A stretch of DNA of 64,000 nt from Octopus sinensis (lineage: Eukaryota). The notes under the pieces are model-generated. The model saw only the letters and a program-made list of their open reading frames with translations. It was not told where the DNA came from and did not search any database. This document shows positions 24,359 through 37,680 of this stretch, piece by piece; position 1 is the first letter of the stretch; every line of letters starts with the position of its first letter. The stretch is from positions 13,528-77,527 of the forward strand of contig NW_021833266.1 of NCBI RefSeq assembly GCF_006345805.1, given 5' to 3'. The position numbers and the translations under genes were made by a program.

Positions 24359-24999
24359 ATGGAAACAACTTACATTGAATCATTTAAAATTCCAAAATTG
24401 TCATTATTGAAAAAACCAAAAAATTTATCCAATTCGAATTCTGAAAATGTTTATTAATGTCAATTCTACCAATTTTAGAAATACAAAAAAGAAATCAGTC
24501 GGCCCATGATTACAAATTATCAAAATAGTTTCTGTAATTATAAGAAGTTTTTTGTTAAAAAATCTAACAAATATGACCACATCTTACCTAAAGTACCAAT
24601 AAACGTCAAAGTGTATTTATAGGTTGAAAGTAACATGAACAGTATGGTCACTTTTATGACAAGCAGTAGGAGAATTCAACGAAATGTATTAAAAAGACCT
24701 TGTTTGAATAATATCAACGATTGTCCTCCAAAAGCGTATTATCCAGAAGCAATTACAAACAAACTAAAAATGCGATCTGACCCTTCATTTAGAACTAATT
24801 ATCTCGAATGTGAAACAAGTAACAAAGAGATGTTTAATCCGTGGGGTAAGATCATTTCAAGGAAACCGTCATTTGTTAAAATTAAAACCAAAAAAGGAGA
24901 AATTAATGAATTAGAAGTAAAACTGGAATTATCATAAAGTAGGTACCCCATTACCAAAAACCCGAAATAAAAAAACTACTGAGACAAGTGAAATCATAA
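24359..24999 (+). CDS. Orphan basic protein (~185 aa), 4 exons
   Basis: Three GT-AG introns (30, 30, 26 nt) join one frame: METTYIESFKIPK..KSNKYDHILPK|VESNMNS..ELE|VPHYQKPEIKKLLRQVKS*. Confidence 0.55.
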
Positions 25000-25599
25000 G
25001 AAATTTGCAAATAACAACTCATATTAATTCTTTCTGGCAAATTCCAGATTTTACTAAATAATATCTACTAATAAGAATAAATTTAAAATTTTTGGTCTGA
25101 TTTCCGCTAGTGCTCTTTAAACCTTGAAACTGTTGAATTTGGCAAATTTAGATTAAATACAATTTATATAGAGTTAAAAGATTCTTAGATAATTTGAAGG
25201 TCAGAGATTTTTTAAATGTTTTTATACAAAACTAGGGGATCATTTGAACGGAACTTCCGTGTTCGGCCACTCACTTCCAAAATATTAAAGGAATAATTTT
25301 GGGAAGACTCTTATCAGAGAATCTTACCAATCATGACAGTTTATTATTTTTTAATGGTTTTAAAATAAATCAAACATTTTTTTCTGATTAAACAATTAAT
25401 TGCTTACCTTTTTCAAATAAATTCCAATGCCTAGGGGCAATAAATCTGGTTTAATATATTACAAGTAAAATCAATACTATGTCTCTAATAGACATTCGAT
25501 TAGAAGAGAAGTTTGTGAACGGAAATAGTTTGGTTTGAAAATATTTTTAAATTGGCTCAGTTATCGACGATTGTGTTTGAATTTGGACCCAATAGATAT

Positions 25600-26200
25600 T
25601 TTACTGACAAAAAAATATTTATAGAATAAAAGAAAGACTTGGTAGAAATGAGCGAAGAGAAAATATCTGCCGAGAAAAAAACAGATTTGGTAGAAATGGA
25701 AGGAGAGAAAATATCTCCAAAGAAAAAGAAAGATTTGGTAGAAATGGGCGAAGAAAAAATATTTAATGAGCAGAAGAAAGATGTTGTAGGAATGGCCAAA
25801 ATAAAAATATTTAATGATAAGAAAAAAAATGGGCAAAGAGAAAATATTGACTAAGACGAAGAAAGATTTTAAACAAATGATGATCAAAGAGAAATTTTCT
25901 ACAGACGAGATGGAAATTTTAGCACAAATGATTGTAGATACAATTTATACTGAAAGTAACACAGTTTTGTAGGAATGGTCCGAAAAAAATGTCTAATGAG
26001 AATTGAAAGTTTTAGTACAAATGATCAAATGAATATCTACAGAGATAAAGGAAGTTTTGGTACAAATGGCCAAAGAGTAAATATTTACTGAGAAGGAAGA
26101 TTGAGTACAAATAGGACAAGAGAAATCATTTAGTCCGGAAAGTAAAGAATTCAAACAAAAACACTAATTGTATCAAAGAGAAAATTTTTACTGAGATGAA
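25600..26200 (+). repeat. 48-bp minisatellite with a decay gradient; first units encode DLVEMxxEKIxxxKKx
   Basis: ga(c/t)ttggtagaaatg-type starts at 25636, 25684, 25732, 25780; progressively degenerate copies to ~26200. Confidence 0.85.
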
Positions 26201-26299
26201 TGAAGTTTTAATATCAATAGATAGGCTTTCCAAATTATATAACAATCTCAAATTGATTCATAATGATTTATTAAAAATAAAAGTAATTAACTAATTAAT

Positions 26300-26555
26300 T
26301 AGCTGGCTAAGTCCTAAATCTCCGAAGTAAGCAGATGGTAGGTTTCTATGCACCTACTTCGCTTCTTCCGCCTCTCGTTGACTAAATGCCAGGAAAGGAC
26401 TGGATCAAACGAGATACTCTCCAGAGTTCTCTTAAGAACAGTTGACTTCATATAAGCCTGTAGAGACTCATCTACATCCAATTGTTTTAAGTACATCTTG
26501 TGATATTTAGTGACCAGTATCCCATGTCATCACAGACGGGATGAATATACTTTAA
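26300..26555 (-). mobile_element. 3' end fragment of the same R4-like family as 21593-23386
   Basis: YLKQLDVDESLQAYMKSTVLKRTLESISFD is nearly identical to the 21593 ORF C-terminus. Confidence 0.88.
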
Positions 26556-26843
26556 ATTCAAAAATTACATAAAATTTATTTTTAGCTTGTACTACATAAC
26601 ACTGTCGATATTTCAAAATATATCCTATGCAATCTGAAATAAATTATTAAAAAGTAAGATAAAATGACGGTTGGAGTTATGTAAATTTCGATTTTCAACG
26701 ATTAGCTTTACAAGAATTTTAATTATTGACCCAAGTTTTATTATGATGTCAAAGCTTCAATCAAATCTGTCATTATTAATTTATCTCTCTCGAAATAGCT
26801 TTTACTGTCGACGTTCGTACATAATATAGTTTCGAGTAATTGA

Positions 26844-28235
<1,392 letters not shown>

Positions 28236-28588
28236 TGATACAATTTTGGGACCGACGAAAAAATGGCGAGCAATAGAATTTTTAAAATAATCTATAAACT
28301 TTTCAGAAAAAAGTGACTAAAAAATCAATTTTTTTCTTAAAATAAAAGAAAAAATAGTGACTATGTTCACCATTAATAGACTTTTATTTTCTTTCATGTA
28401 AGCAATAATACGACGTTTTTCATTAATAGAAAAGTAGTGCGCTTTCACATGTTTATTCAAATTTTATTTAAAAATAGTAAATAGTTTACCCAAACAATAT
28501 TTTCTTAGAGAATATTTTGATTAAACTTAAATATAATAAAATATGATTTTTACTTTTAAAATAAGTTAAAACAAAATTGTTGCTTAGT

Positions 28589-29794
28589 ATGAGCTTTGCC
28601 CGAACATATTCGGCTTATTATGAAGGAAAACGTCAAGAAAAAGAAATATTGTTAATATTATGTTAAATATAAAACTATCATAAAAATATTCATTTCAAAA
28701 AATCGTAGAAACCTTCCCCAATTCGATCGAAGGAAGCACGACACGACAGAAAAATTAATAAATGAAACTTTAAACACATTTCAAATCGAACAGGAAATGA
28801 AATCGCTAAAAGAAGTTTTTTAAATCATAATATTTGTAGGAAAATATTTCAAAACGAAAAATTATCGATAAAAGACGTGAAAGATTATTAGAAAAAGAAT
28901 GTAAATTAAAAGAATCGTTTATCAAATTTGAAAGATATCTTTCAGTATATATTTCCTAAAATAAATACATCAGGAAAATTTCAATAAACAAGAACGAGCT
29001 AATAAAAAAATTTCCGAAGAAAAATCATGTTCTAGACAAAAAAACAGCGAATATTTACTGTAAATCAACTTTCCAATTACACCAGATTGCTATACGAACT
29101 CCAAAAAATCCAAGATTATAAGAATTACGTCATTGAGTTAATAAATGATAGAATAAAATTTAAAAACTTTATGGAAAAATTTAAAGAAGCTCACAACAAC
29201 ATGTTTTCTAGTTACGACGCGGCCATTGCACATCACAAAGTACTGACAAGTGAACATAAAGTTAGTTTTGATGACTAAAGTAGGATTTACTTTCAATAAA
29301 TCAAGAAAATCAAAAAAAATTAGAAAAATTAAAAAATGATTTAAATTATGTTTTAGAAGTAATTTTAACAAAAATATGTTCAAGGACCACAAAGAGAAGA
29401 TGTTAGTCTCAAACAACCAAATATCAAAACTTTCCAGAGCTTTAGAAATTGAACAATCAAGAAGATTGGAGTCCGAGACTGCCTGGAATCATATATGTGA
29501 CACTTCGTCAACAAAGACATTGGAAATTGGAAAAATAAAAATGTTTTAGAAAATGGTTATTTTAGGGTGGTTCACAATATTTATACTTTGCTGAAAACTA
29601 AAAGAGGAATGATCTCCACTGAAAATCAAGATTACAATAATCAGTTGAAAAAAGTTTTATTTTAGAAATTTATTTTATAAATAAACTAGATTGGTGAATA
29701 TTCAGTGCATATGACTGGTTTTTTGGAAGAACATTTTCGTGAAAAACTTGCGTCTACATTCATTAAAAAATTAAATAAGGATATTTCAATGTGA
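28589..29794 (+). CDS. CCDC42: CCDC42/CFAP73-family (DUF4200) coiled-coil protein
   Basis: Spliced: TRQKKLINE..EQEMKSLKE..LEKECKLKESFIKFERYLS|ENFNKQERANKKISEE..ESETAWNHICDTSSTKTLEIGKIK|MVVHNIY..NQLKK|IGEY; two homopolymer deletions. Confidence 0.83.
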
Positions 29795-29923
29795 TGATAA
29801 CACATTTAATTCATTTACTAAAATATTTCAATTAATAACTCTTATTATTGATATTTTATTAAATAAAAAAGATTAAAAAAATTATTTTTAAAAATTTAAA
29901 ATAAAATATAGACAATTTTATTC

Positions 29924-30569
29924 ATGTCGTCGTTGTTATCACGTTTTAGACCAAAAATCACAATCTTGAGGCAATAATATCTTAATTACTAAAAAGTCTA
30001 TTTAGAACAAGTGCTAATATCAACTCATTAAACACACCAAATTCGGACAATGAGCCGAAAGCATATGCCCCGACAATAATCAAAATTGCCGATCAGATCT
30101 CTGCACTGACATTGCTAGAAGTCTCGGATTTAAATTCTTTATTAAAGGGACATTATTCGAATTTTATTTTATTAGGAACGTTTTAATATTGATGACACTC
30201 CACTTCATTTTGCACAGCCCAAAAGTGCCCCACAACAACCGAGGTACAAAAAATTTATTAAATAAAAATAATTTAATTAAATCTTTATAATTATTATAAA
30301 TAATAGGAACAATCTATTGTTGCCGAAAAATCATCATATTCAGTAAAATTGATAGGATTTGATCCAGCCAAGAAAATAAATGTCATCAAAGAAATAAAAA
30401 ATCGAATTTCCGACATGAATTTGGTTCAGGTTGAGGTCCAGTCTAAATTTAGGCCAAAAAATTTGTTGAGTCACTCCCTCAAATTGTGAAAGGAGATGTC
30501 CCTAAGACAGAGGCCGAGGAACTAAAATCAGTATTGGAAACCGTAGGAGGGATTATAGAGATTAATTAA
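29924..30569 (+). CDS. MRPL12: Mitochondrial ribosomal protein bL12m
   Basis: IADQISALTLLEVSDLNSLLK; VKLIGFDPAKKINVIKEIK; NLVQ|AKKFVESLPQIVKGDVPKTEAEELKSVLETVGG; basic presequence-like N-terminus. Confidence 0.92.
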
Positions 30570-30674
30570 TTTTTTGATTCTCATAACTTATTTTGTTTTT
30601 ATATGTTTTTTATTATTTATAATGTTATTTTTTAAGTTGAATAAAGTTATTTGTAATAAATATTTAACACCGAC

Positions 30675-32340
30675 ATGTTAATTGTTGTTGATACAATTAT
30701 TGTTTTTACTACTCAAGTATACTTTATTATCCTTAAAATAGATAATATTCTTTTTATGCTCCTGGGTGTTTTTCCTTCAAAAACTATTTAAAGATTATGA
30801 GGTAATCAAATTGTTTTAAAACTAATAGATTAGAAATTTTAGTGTAATTCTCATCTTTTCACTGACATTTGCATTTTCCTGTACACTTTTTGAACTTATA
30901 ATATTCGAAATTCTAAACATTCTTTCGCAAGAGTTATACCTTATACCAACAACTAATAGTTCTCGATACTTTCACTGGAAGTTCAGTCTAATTATAATGA
31001 TTCTTCTACTAATATTCATCATTCCTCTACACATGGCCCACACTTTGGTCAACTCTTTGAACTTTGGTGATTTTATTTGTATATTAAACATCAAAGGGAG
31101 CCGCAATTTTCGGCATTTGATGATTACTTTGATGTGGTCGGTTATGTTTTGTGTTTTCTGGAAGGTCGGAAATCCGTTTCCTTTCATCTCCCAAAGATCG
31201 GGTTGGCTGTTTGGAAATAAATTTAAGGGATTTTATTCTTAGAACAGACTGTGGGGAGAGTGGGAATCATAGGGGTGGCTGTGATTGCTCTCCTCTCCGG
31301 AATTGGGGTCATTACGTACCCCTACAATACAATGTTCTATTTTTTGAGGTCCCTTCCATTTTTTATTTCAGTCGAGTGGAGGAACAGGATGTGGAATTGG
31401 CGCGAAATCAGGTCATTGACAGTCTTCAGTTTCTTGTAAATAAAAAACGAAGGTTTTTGAATATTTTCATGTTTTTTTAGATTTTTATTAAAGTTTTCAA
31501 AAAGTGGAGTAAATAAAAAAAATTCAGTTTTTTCTTCATTTTTTGGAGCAGTCGACAATGAAAAAAGTTGTCAGAAAAATACTTAAAATTAGGAGAAAGT
31601 GAACTGGAAATTGAAATGCTGGAAGATTGCTATCAACGGCATTATTTGGAGTACCGAGATTTATCCAATCGGAGAGTCGAGCTTATTTTTAAACGATAGT
31701 CACGTTTTTTACGTTCGAGGACATTGAAAGGAATATATTTTAATGTGGTGGGTTGGTTGTTCTTCATTTACTGTTGTTGGAAGATATTTATTGTTGGTAA
31801 ATAATTATTATTTTTGCAGACTATTGCAAATATACTGACAAATCGAGTCGGGAAGGTCGATCCTGTGACAAACGGAATTGGATTTTTTGTGAATTATTTT
31901 TCGATTGATTTGGATGTCCGTGATTTGATTTTTCAGTTTTTTAGATCAAATTTTGGTCCCAGCAAGTTTCATTTATGGCGGTTGGAATTTTGACGGTCAC
32001 TTCGGTTCGAGGACTTTTGTTAAATCTTGGAAAATTTTTGGCGGGAACGTCAAAATTGGCTCCATGTTCTGACGCCGTTGTGTTGGTGGTGGCAGAAATA
32101 ACGGTTTGCGGTGACAAGAGTGATTGGCAGGGAATGTATTTTGTCTCATCTGTCCTTTTGATGAGGTCAACCGTCCCTCCCCAGTACAGGACTATTATTA
32201 CGTCTATTCTGGATGGACTGAGGTTTGATTTTTATCAGCGATGGTTTAATATTATATTCCTTTTTTCCGCAATTTCGACGTTTCTTTTTCTTCTGAACAG
32301 ACATGATGTGTTGCGTTACATTAATTACGATTCCCGCTAA
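30675..32340 (+). CDS. GPR89: Golgi pH regulator (GPHR)
   Basis: FLQKLFKDYE|IR..LTFAFSCTLFELIIFEIL; FWKVGNPFP; GRVGIIGVAVIALLSG; YFVSSVLLMR..YRTIIT..FYQRWF. Confidence 0.93.
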
Positions 32341-32493
32341 TTTTTTTTATTATAAACCAAAGTTGATTTTTCCCCAAAAAAAGATTTTTTGGATCAGGCT
32401 TCAATGATACAGTCTCTTCTAACAGAATTGAATGCATAGCCTTCATGAATTTTAAAATTATTGATTACAAATTTAGAAAAACAGGTTACAATA

Positions 32494-33058
32494 CAGTGAA
32501 CAAAAATAAAAACTGAACACGCTTTTTCTCATATATTTACAATGGGACAATATTACAAATATGTCTCAAATTAATTATTTACATGAAATAAAGTATTTTA
32601 CGTTTTTTAGTTTTTTTGAGAAATATATATTTATGCGCTTTTTAAGAAATCAAAAATTCAAAACCCAAAAAAAACTGAACAAATTTAATTACTTAAATAT
32701 ATCAAAAAAAGGTTTTATTTTAAAATAGTTCAAATTCAATCATTTCTAATCTCTCTACATGGCTATCATTGAACATCTAAAGAAAAAGGCAGATAATTGC
32801 ATATATAAATCTGAAAAATACAGAGAAATACAAGATATCACCAAAATATTGCTCGGCATGATATCGAAAATTATCAGAAGCTATTCAAATAAGTGCCATG
32901 GTAGCAATTCGATATTATTTACTTGAAAAAAGCGCTTTGTTATTGCTGAAGTGTGTTTCTTTATTTCAAGGAAATAATTAATTTGAGACATATTTGTAAT
33001 ATTGTCCCATTGTAAATATATGAGAAAAAGCGTGTTCAGTTTTTACTTTTGTTCACTG
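32494..33058. mobile_element. 565-bp Tc1/mariner-type MITE
   Basis: About 100-bp TIR starting CAGTGAACAAAA(A/G)TAAAAACTGAACACG; TA on both flanks; no ORF. Confidence 0.93.
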
Positions 33059-33369
33059 TAAATAATAATATATTAATGAATCGTTTATAGTAAAATAAAT
33101 TTTTTCCCAGTAGGGGGTTTATTTCATTAAAAATTATCGTATTTTATAGGGATGGAGAAAATATTTCCCCAGAAGCAAGGTTTTCCCCATTCGAGGTCGC
33201 ACTGTAAAGTCATTTTGAAAACACCAAGGGATATTCTGCCACCAGGAAATCGACTTGTTTATGAGCAGGTTGTGATTGATTAGCAATTGAAGCAACACTC
33301 ACATCCATCTCAAGTACACAACGTACATTGAGTATCTATATCAAAGCTGACTTATAAATTATTATAAAC

Positions 33370-34942
33370 ATGGAAATTGTCCTCAGAGACGTAAAACCAA
33401 AGGAAAAAAACACAATTCAAAAAATCCTTGATCAAAGCAAATTCGTAGTGTTCCGAGAACAGCAACAAATAAAGTAAATTCCAAAATAATTTCAGAAAAC
33501 TGAAAGACGGATTTGAAATTGTCAAAAAAATGAGAATTAATTCCACAAAAAACGGCAAAGAATGTGATATTTGTGGACTAACGACTGACCCCCGAGCAAT
33601 GATGTACTGCCAAAACTGCGATATAATTCTATGTATAAAATGTTACCACAATATATTTTCTGCACGTGGGACAGGAATGTGTGACTGGTGTGTCAAATCC
33701 TTGTATTAATATTGGCAATATAATTAGTGATATTCATAATAAATCTCAGTGGCAACATTATTTTAAAAACGTGTCTTTACGGTGTCTTTATTTTGGTTTG
33801 TTTTATTGACTTTAATTTCATTAGCTGACAATAATCTCATCAGTTTTAAAAATGACCACGTCGACCAGAATTCAAAAAAGTTTTATTTAAAAATTGCATT
33901 AATTTTTAGTAATAATATATTTAATTCATTTTTAAATGAAATGACCAAAAAAGTACAAAATAAGAAAAAAATCGAAAAACCAAAAATTAACGCACAACTA
34001 ACCCTCGACGATCAAACCGACAATTTTTGCGGAAAAATCCTCGTTCGGGTGACTTACGACGAAAACACGGAAAAACTGCGGATTTACATAAACAACATCG
34101 AACATCCAAATGATTTAAATTTCAAAAAAATGTATTTATTGAGTTAAATGGAGTAAAGAACAGTCATAATGTATCTTATGCCGGATGTTGATTATTCCAC
34201 AAAGATTGAATATAAATTGAACAAAAATAATCAAAATGTGTTATTTAGTAAATTTTTTGAGGTTTGAATATTTTTTAATGCAAAGTATTACGTGGCATAT
34301 GATAAAATAAATTCGATCAGTGTCTTTATTCAGTTTGTTCAAAAACGACGCTGGAAAAGCGAATTTATACGATTTGCAGAAATACATTTTCCAATGATAA
34401 CTCAAAACAGACAAAACTGGTATTATCTGGAGAAAACAGTGACTTTAAACATAAATTGTAGTCGCGAATAAAACCAAAGTCACGATTTTCTCTAAGACTG
34501 AGGTTGGTGATTTCCGTGGAGGAAACTAAACTTTCCGTCACCGTAAAATCACTTTTAGGAGTGAAGGAATCCAAATCAGTCCGTTATAAATTATCAATGT
34601 GATTATTACCTGCATATTTAGAGTTGTAAACGAGACTATTATGGAGTCGGAAAAAGAGTTATTTGGTCAAAAATTGATTGTGTTTTCTCAAAAGTTTAAA
34701 TGTGGCCATTTTGACCAATATGACAACTTTTCTGTCATTATTTATAAAATTAATGGACCAAAGACTTTGTTTGTCCGGGAAGTCATTTCTTTAAATGAAA
34801 GTATTTTTTATTTGTTTATTTTATAGCTTTGTTGCCTCATCAGATTATTATTAACTCAGATTGTACAAATTCGTTGACAAATATTTTATCAATGCAGTCT
34901 TCAGCTGAGCTTATTCTATTTTTAAATTCAATTAATCATTAA
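33370..34942 (+). CDS. Rabphilin/synaptotagmin-like Rab effector (helix, C8 zinc finger, tandem C2), highly divergent
   Basis: EKNTIQKILDQ..QQIKKLK; CDIC..CQNC..CIKC..CDWC..KSQWQHYF; C2A CGKILVRVTYD..YLMPD..WYYL; a second C2-like region follows. 3' end approximate. Confidence 0.7.
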
Positions 34943-34977
34943 AACTAATTCGAAATCCTTTTTAAAACAAACATTTA

Positions 34978-35601
34978 TTATAACTCATTATTCCTGGCCT
35001 GCCTTTCCTTCCATGCCTGGGGAGCATATTTTGGCATCTGCCTTTCCACTGCCCTCACAAAATCGCTCTTCTCTGGACATTGTAGACACGTGTCTTCTGC
35101 ATTCCAATCATTCAATATTTTCTTGAGTTGTTTAATCGGCATTTTGTTAAAATTAGCAGCAACCAAATCAATTGGCTTGTCTATAAATTTATAAAATGGT
35201 AGAAAACCGTATTTTAGTGAGCAAATAATATCATTTTGGTTGTTCAGTGATTGACATATTTTTTCTGTGGGGAGGTATGAGAGAGGACGAGTTATTTCGT
35301 TCAACATGGAGGTTGCTGATGTCTCACTTCCCCCCACTGCGTAACACTTGAAATTAGATTTTTTATTTTTTACAAATCGGGATTCTTTTCCTGTGGCTTG
35401 CTTACAAAGGCTGATTATTTTGTTTTTTATCAAGTCAGGGTCACTTTTTTCAGACTTATTGAGAGATGAAGTTACTTTTTGGAGAAACGTTTGGCACACT
35501 TTTATATATTTTTTATTATTTTTACCTTCACAAGTTTGTTTTGCCTCAAAAACTGTAGACAGACACGACAATATAGTCAGACACAACAAAACAGTATACA
35601 T
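34978..35601 (-). CDS. MANF: MANF/ARMET (saposin-like plus SAP domain), ER protein
   Basis: Signal peptide; TCE|VC..C..KESRF|CYAVGG..SAT..EKIC..ICSLKY|DK..KQLKKILNDW..CLQCPEKSDF..KY; C-terminal NNEL. Confidence 0.93.
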   Translation of the reverse strand: MYTVLLCLTILSCLSTVFEAKQTCEGKNNKKYIKVCQTFLQKVTSSLNKSEKSDPDLIKNKIISLCKQATGKESRFVKNKKSNFKCYAVGGSETSATSMLNEITRPLSYLPTEKICQSLNNQNDIICSLKYGFLPFYKFIDKPIDLVAANFNKMPIKQLKKILNDWNAEDTCLQCPEKSDFVRAVERQMPKYAPQAWKERQARNNEL

Positions 35602-35694
35602 GTAAGTCACTAATTGGTCAATTCAAACATAATAATTTATTATATTCAAAAATAAAAAACAAATTTTATTTTATAACCAATTAAACAAAAACAC

Positions 35695-37225
35695 CTATTC
35701 TTCCTCATTAAGCACATTTTTAGTCCTCTCACTAACAAACTTAACAACTCCCGGCCGACTATGAGCTCTCCGATTAGACTCCCTGAATACCTAAAAACAG
35801 AACAAATACTTTCTTTTATTAGCCGCCTTACTAATCCTGTGTTCCTCCGCCGTTCGGTATATAAACCGGGGAATGTGGCGATGTCGAGCAATCCTTCTCA
35901 CCTGAGGGAAATCCGCGAACTTGTCCTTCAACGACTTGTTATATTTAAACGCTATTTTCTCCCGTGGTTTCAACTATTTATAACTTTAACCACCCAAAAA
36001 TACAATTCCAAGTTTTTCCGAAGCCACAGCCTTCCAAACCCGCACATTCATATCGTCGGAGGCAGAAAAAATGTATTTGGAATCCAAAGACCAGCGGACT
36101 CTGCGGATGTTCTGCATTCTCTTGGTGTGGTATATTTCCCGCGACCCCCCCGAATTGACGTCGAATATTCGAATGCTCTTGTCATACCCCGCAGAGACCA
36201 GTTCTCTACCAGTCGGACTGTAGTCCACGTCCAGTACTGCAGATACGTGTCCCATATGTACATTATATGGCACTTTTAAATTCCGGACATCAAATGAATA
36301 TATACTTTATTAATTAATATTATTTTACTTATAATCTTCGTTGGCTAAACATAGAATAAAAGGTTCCATTGGGTTCCAACATATTCTATTTGATCTCATT
36401 CTTGTGGTGATCTTTCGTAGTGGACTAGCAGCTCTAATATCATACAGAGTTAAGGTCCTATCAGAAGCCAATGCAGCCACATAATTAGTCTAATTAATTA
36501 ATATATAATTAATTACTTCTGTATGATTAAATCTAATATCATCTATACAATCTGCCCCCCAGGAATACTCCCTCAGAGGCTCGTCTCTACAGGCATCCCA
36601 CACAGAGACAGTCTCCCCACAACACACAAATATATCATCCTTATAGTGATGATCCATTCCTAATAGTATATCCTTATATATAACATTCAGAAATATACTT
36701 TATGTAATATTCGATGACTTATTCCCTCTGAATCACACTTGTACCGATTTATAGCATTGTCTCCTCCACACTGAAATAACCCAATGAGAAAGAACTGATA
36801 AAAAGTCCCCGTGGAGACCATAGCAGACTGAATAGACACATCCTTCGTGGGCATTCTTTATATTCCTCACACAACATTTCCTTGGGATGTTCCATAGGCG
36901 GATCTGTGCTGTGAAATATTAGTTGGGGACCTCTCCGTCGTAGGATCCGGTGAGGAGGGAGGACAGTGAGGAGTAGGAACAGCACATTGTACTGATTGAG
37001 TCACTGTGGCCTGATAAATCGCAGAGAAATGGTTTGGCGAATACTCGTTCGAGTTTTACGGCGTTGAGAGCTCGGGTGTATTCTCGTGCCATTTCAAATG
37101 GGTGTTGTTTGGAGTCGTAGTTACGGTGGACTGGTGGGGGTGAGATGGGGGATACTTTTTTGGATATCTTTCTTGGTTTCACGTGTGTATTCCTCGGAGT
37201 TTCGGTTTAAAACGTGAATTCTCAT
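35695..37225 (-). CDS. DCAF13: DCAF13/Sof1 WD40 rRNA-processing protein
   Basis: MRIHVLNRNSEEYTRETKKD..HPFEMAREYTRALNAVKLERVFAKPF; GHVSAVLDVDYSPTGRELVSAGYDKSIRIF; IYHTKRMQ; ends ESNRRAHSRPG..NEEE*. Confidence 0.96.
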
Positions 37226-37269
37226 TTGTATCACAAGACAAGAAGAATTTAAACGTGTTTATTTTTTTA

Positions 37270-37680
37270 TTATTTTAATAATGTTTCAAAAAAATATAAA
37301 ATACATTTTTGTATTAATAAAAGTTAACGTTGAGTTAGCCCACTAAGAGAGAATATATTAGAGAATATATGATCCGGAGATCAAAGTATCCAGGAACCCT
37401 TTGAAAAAAATAAACACGTTTACATCAACTCTTTGTTTCCTCACAGAGAGAGCCTGCTATTTCGGAGGAATTAGAAACGACCCCTGTGAGCTCAATCAGT
37501 TCTTTGAACGTGTCTCAACAGCTGTTTTTAAACGAATAACCAAAAAGTCCGCCCTCTCCTTTATATCAATCAATAATGATACATTAGGGTGCATTTAACT
37601 TTGTTTGACTGTTTGCTTAAAAATATAAACTGTTCATTGGTCAGGTCGGTCATGAACAGTGGAACTGAATGATCGACTCA
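37270..37680 (-). repeat. Degenerate orphan repeat or paralog, related to 43715-44000
   Basis: Shared ~70-bp AT-rich block (aataatgtttcaaaaaaatat..gtattaataa.agttaa) and similar peptides IKERADFLVI / VKESVNFLVI. Confidence 0.45.

Noticed and set aside
35761-36279. 172-aa plus-strand ORF as a separate gene
   Set aside because: Antisense shadow of DCAF13 exons; the same applies to 35348-35605 (MANF) and 854-1096 (alpha-actinin).
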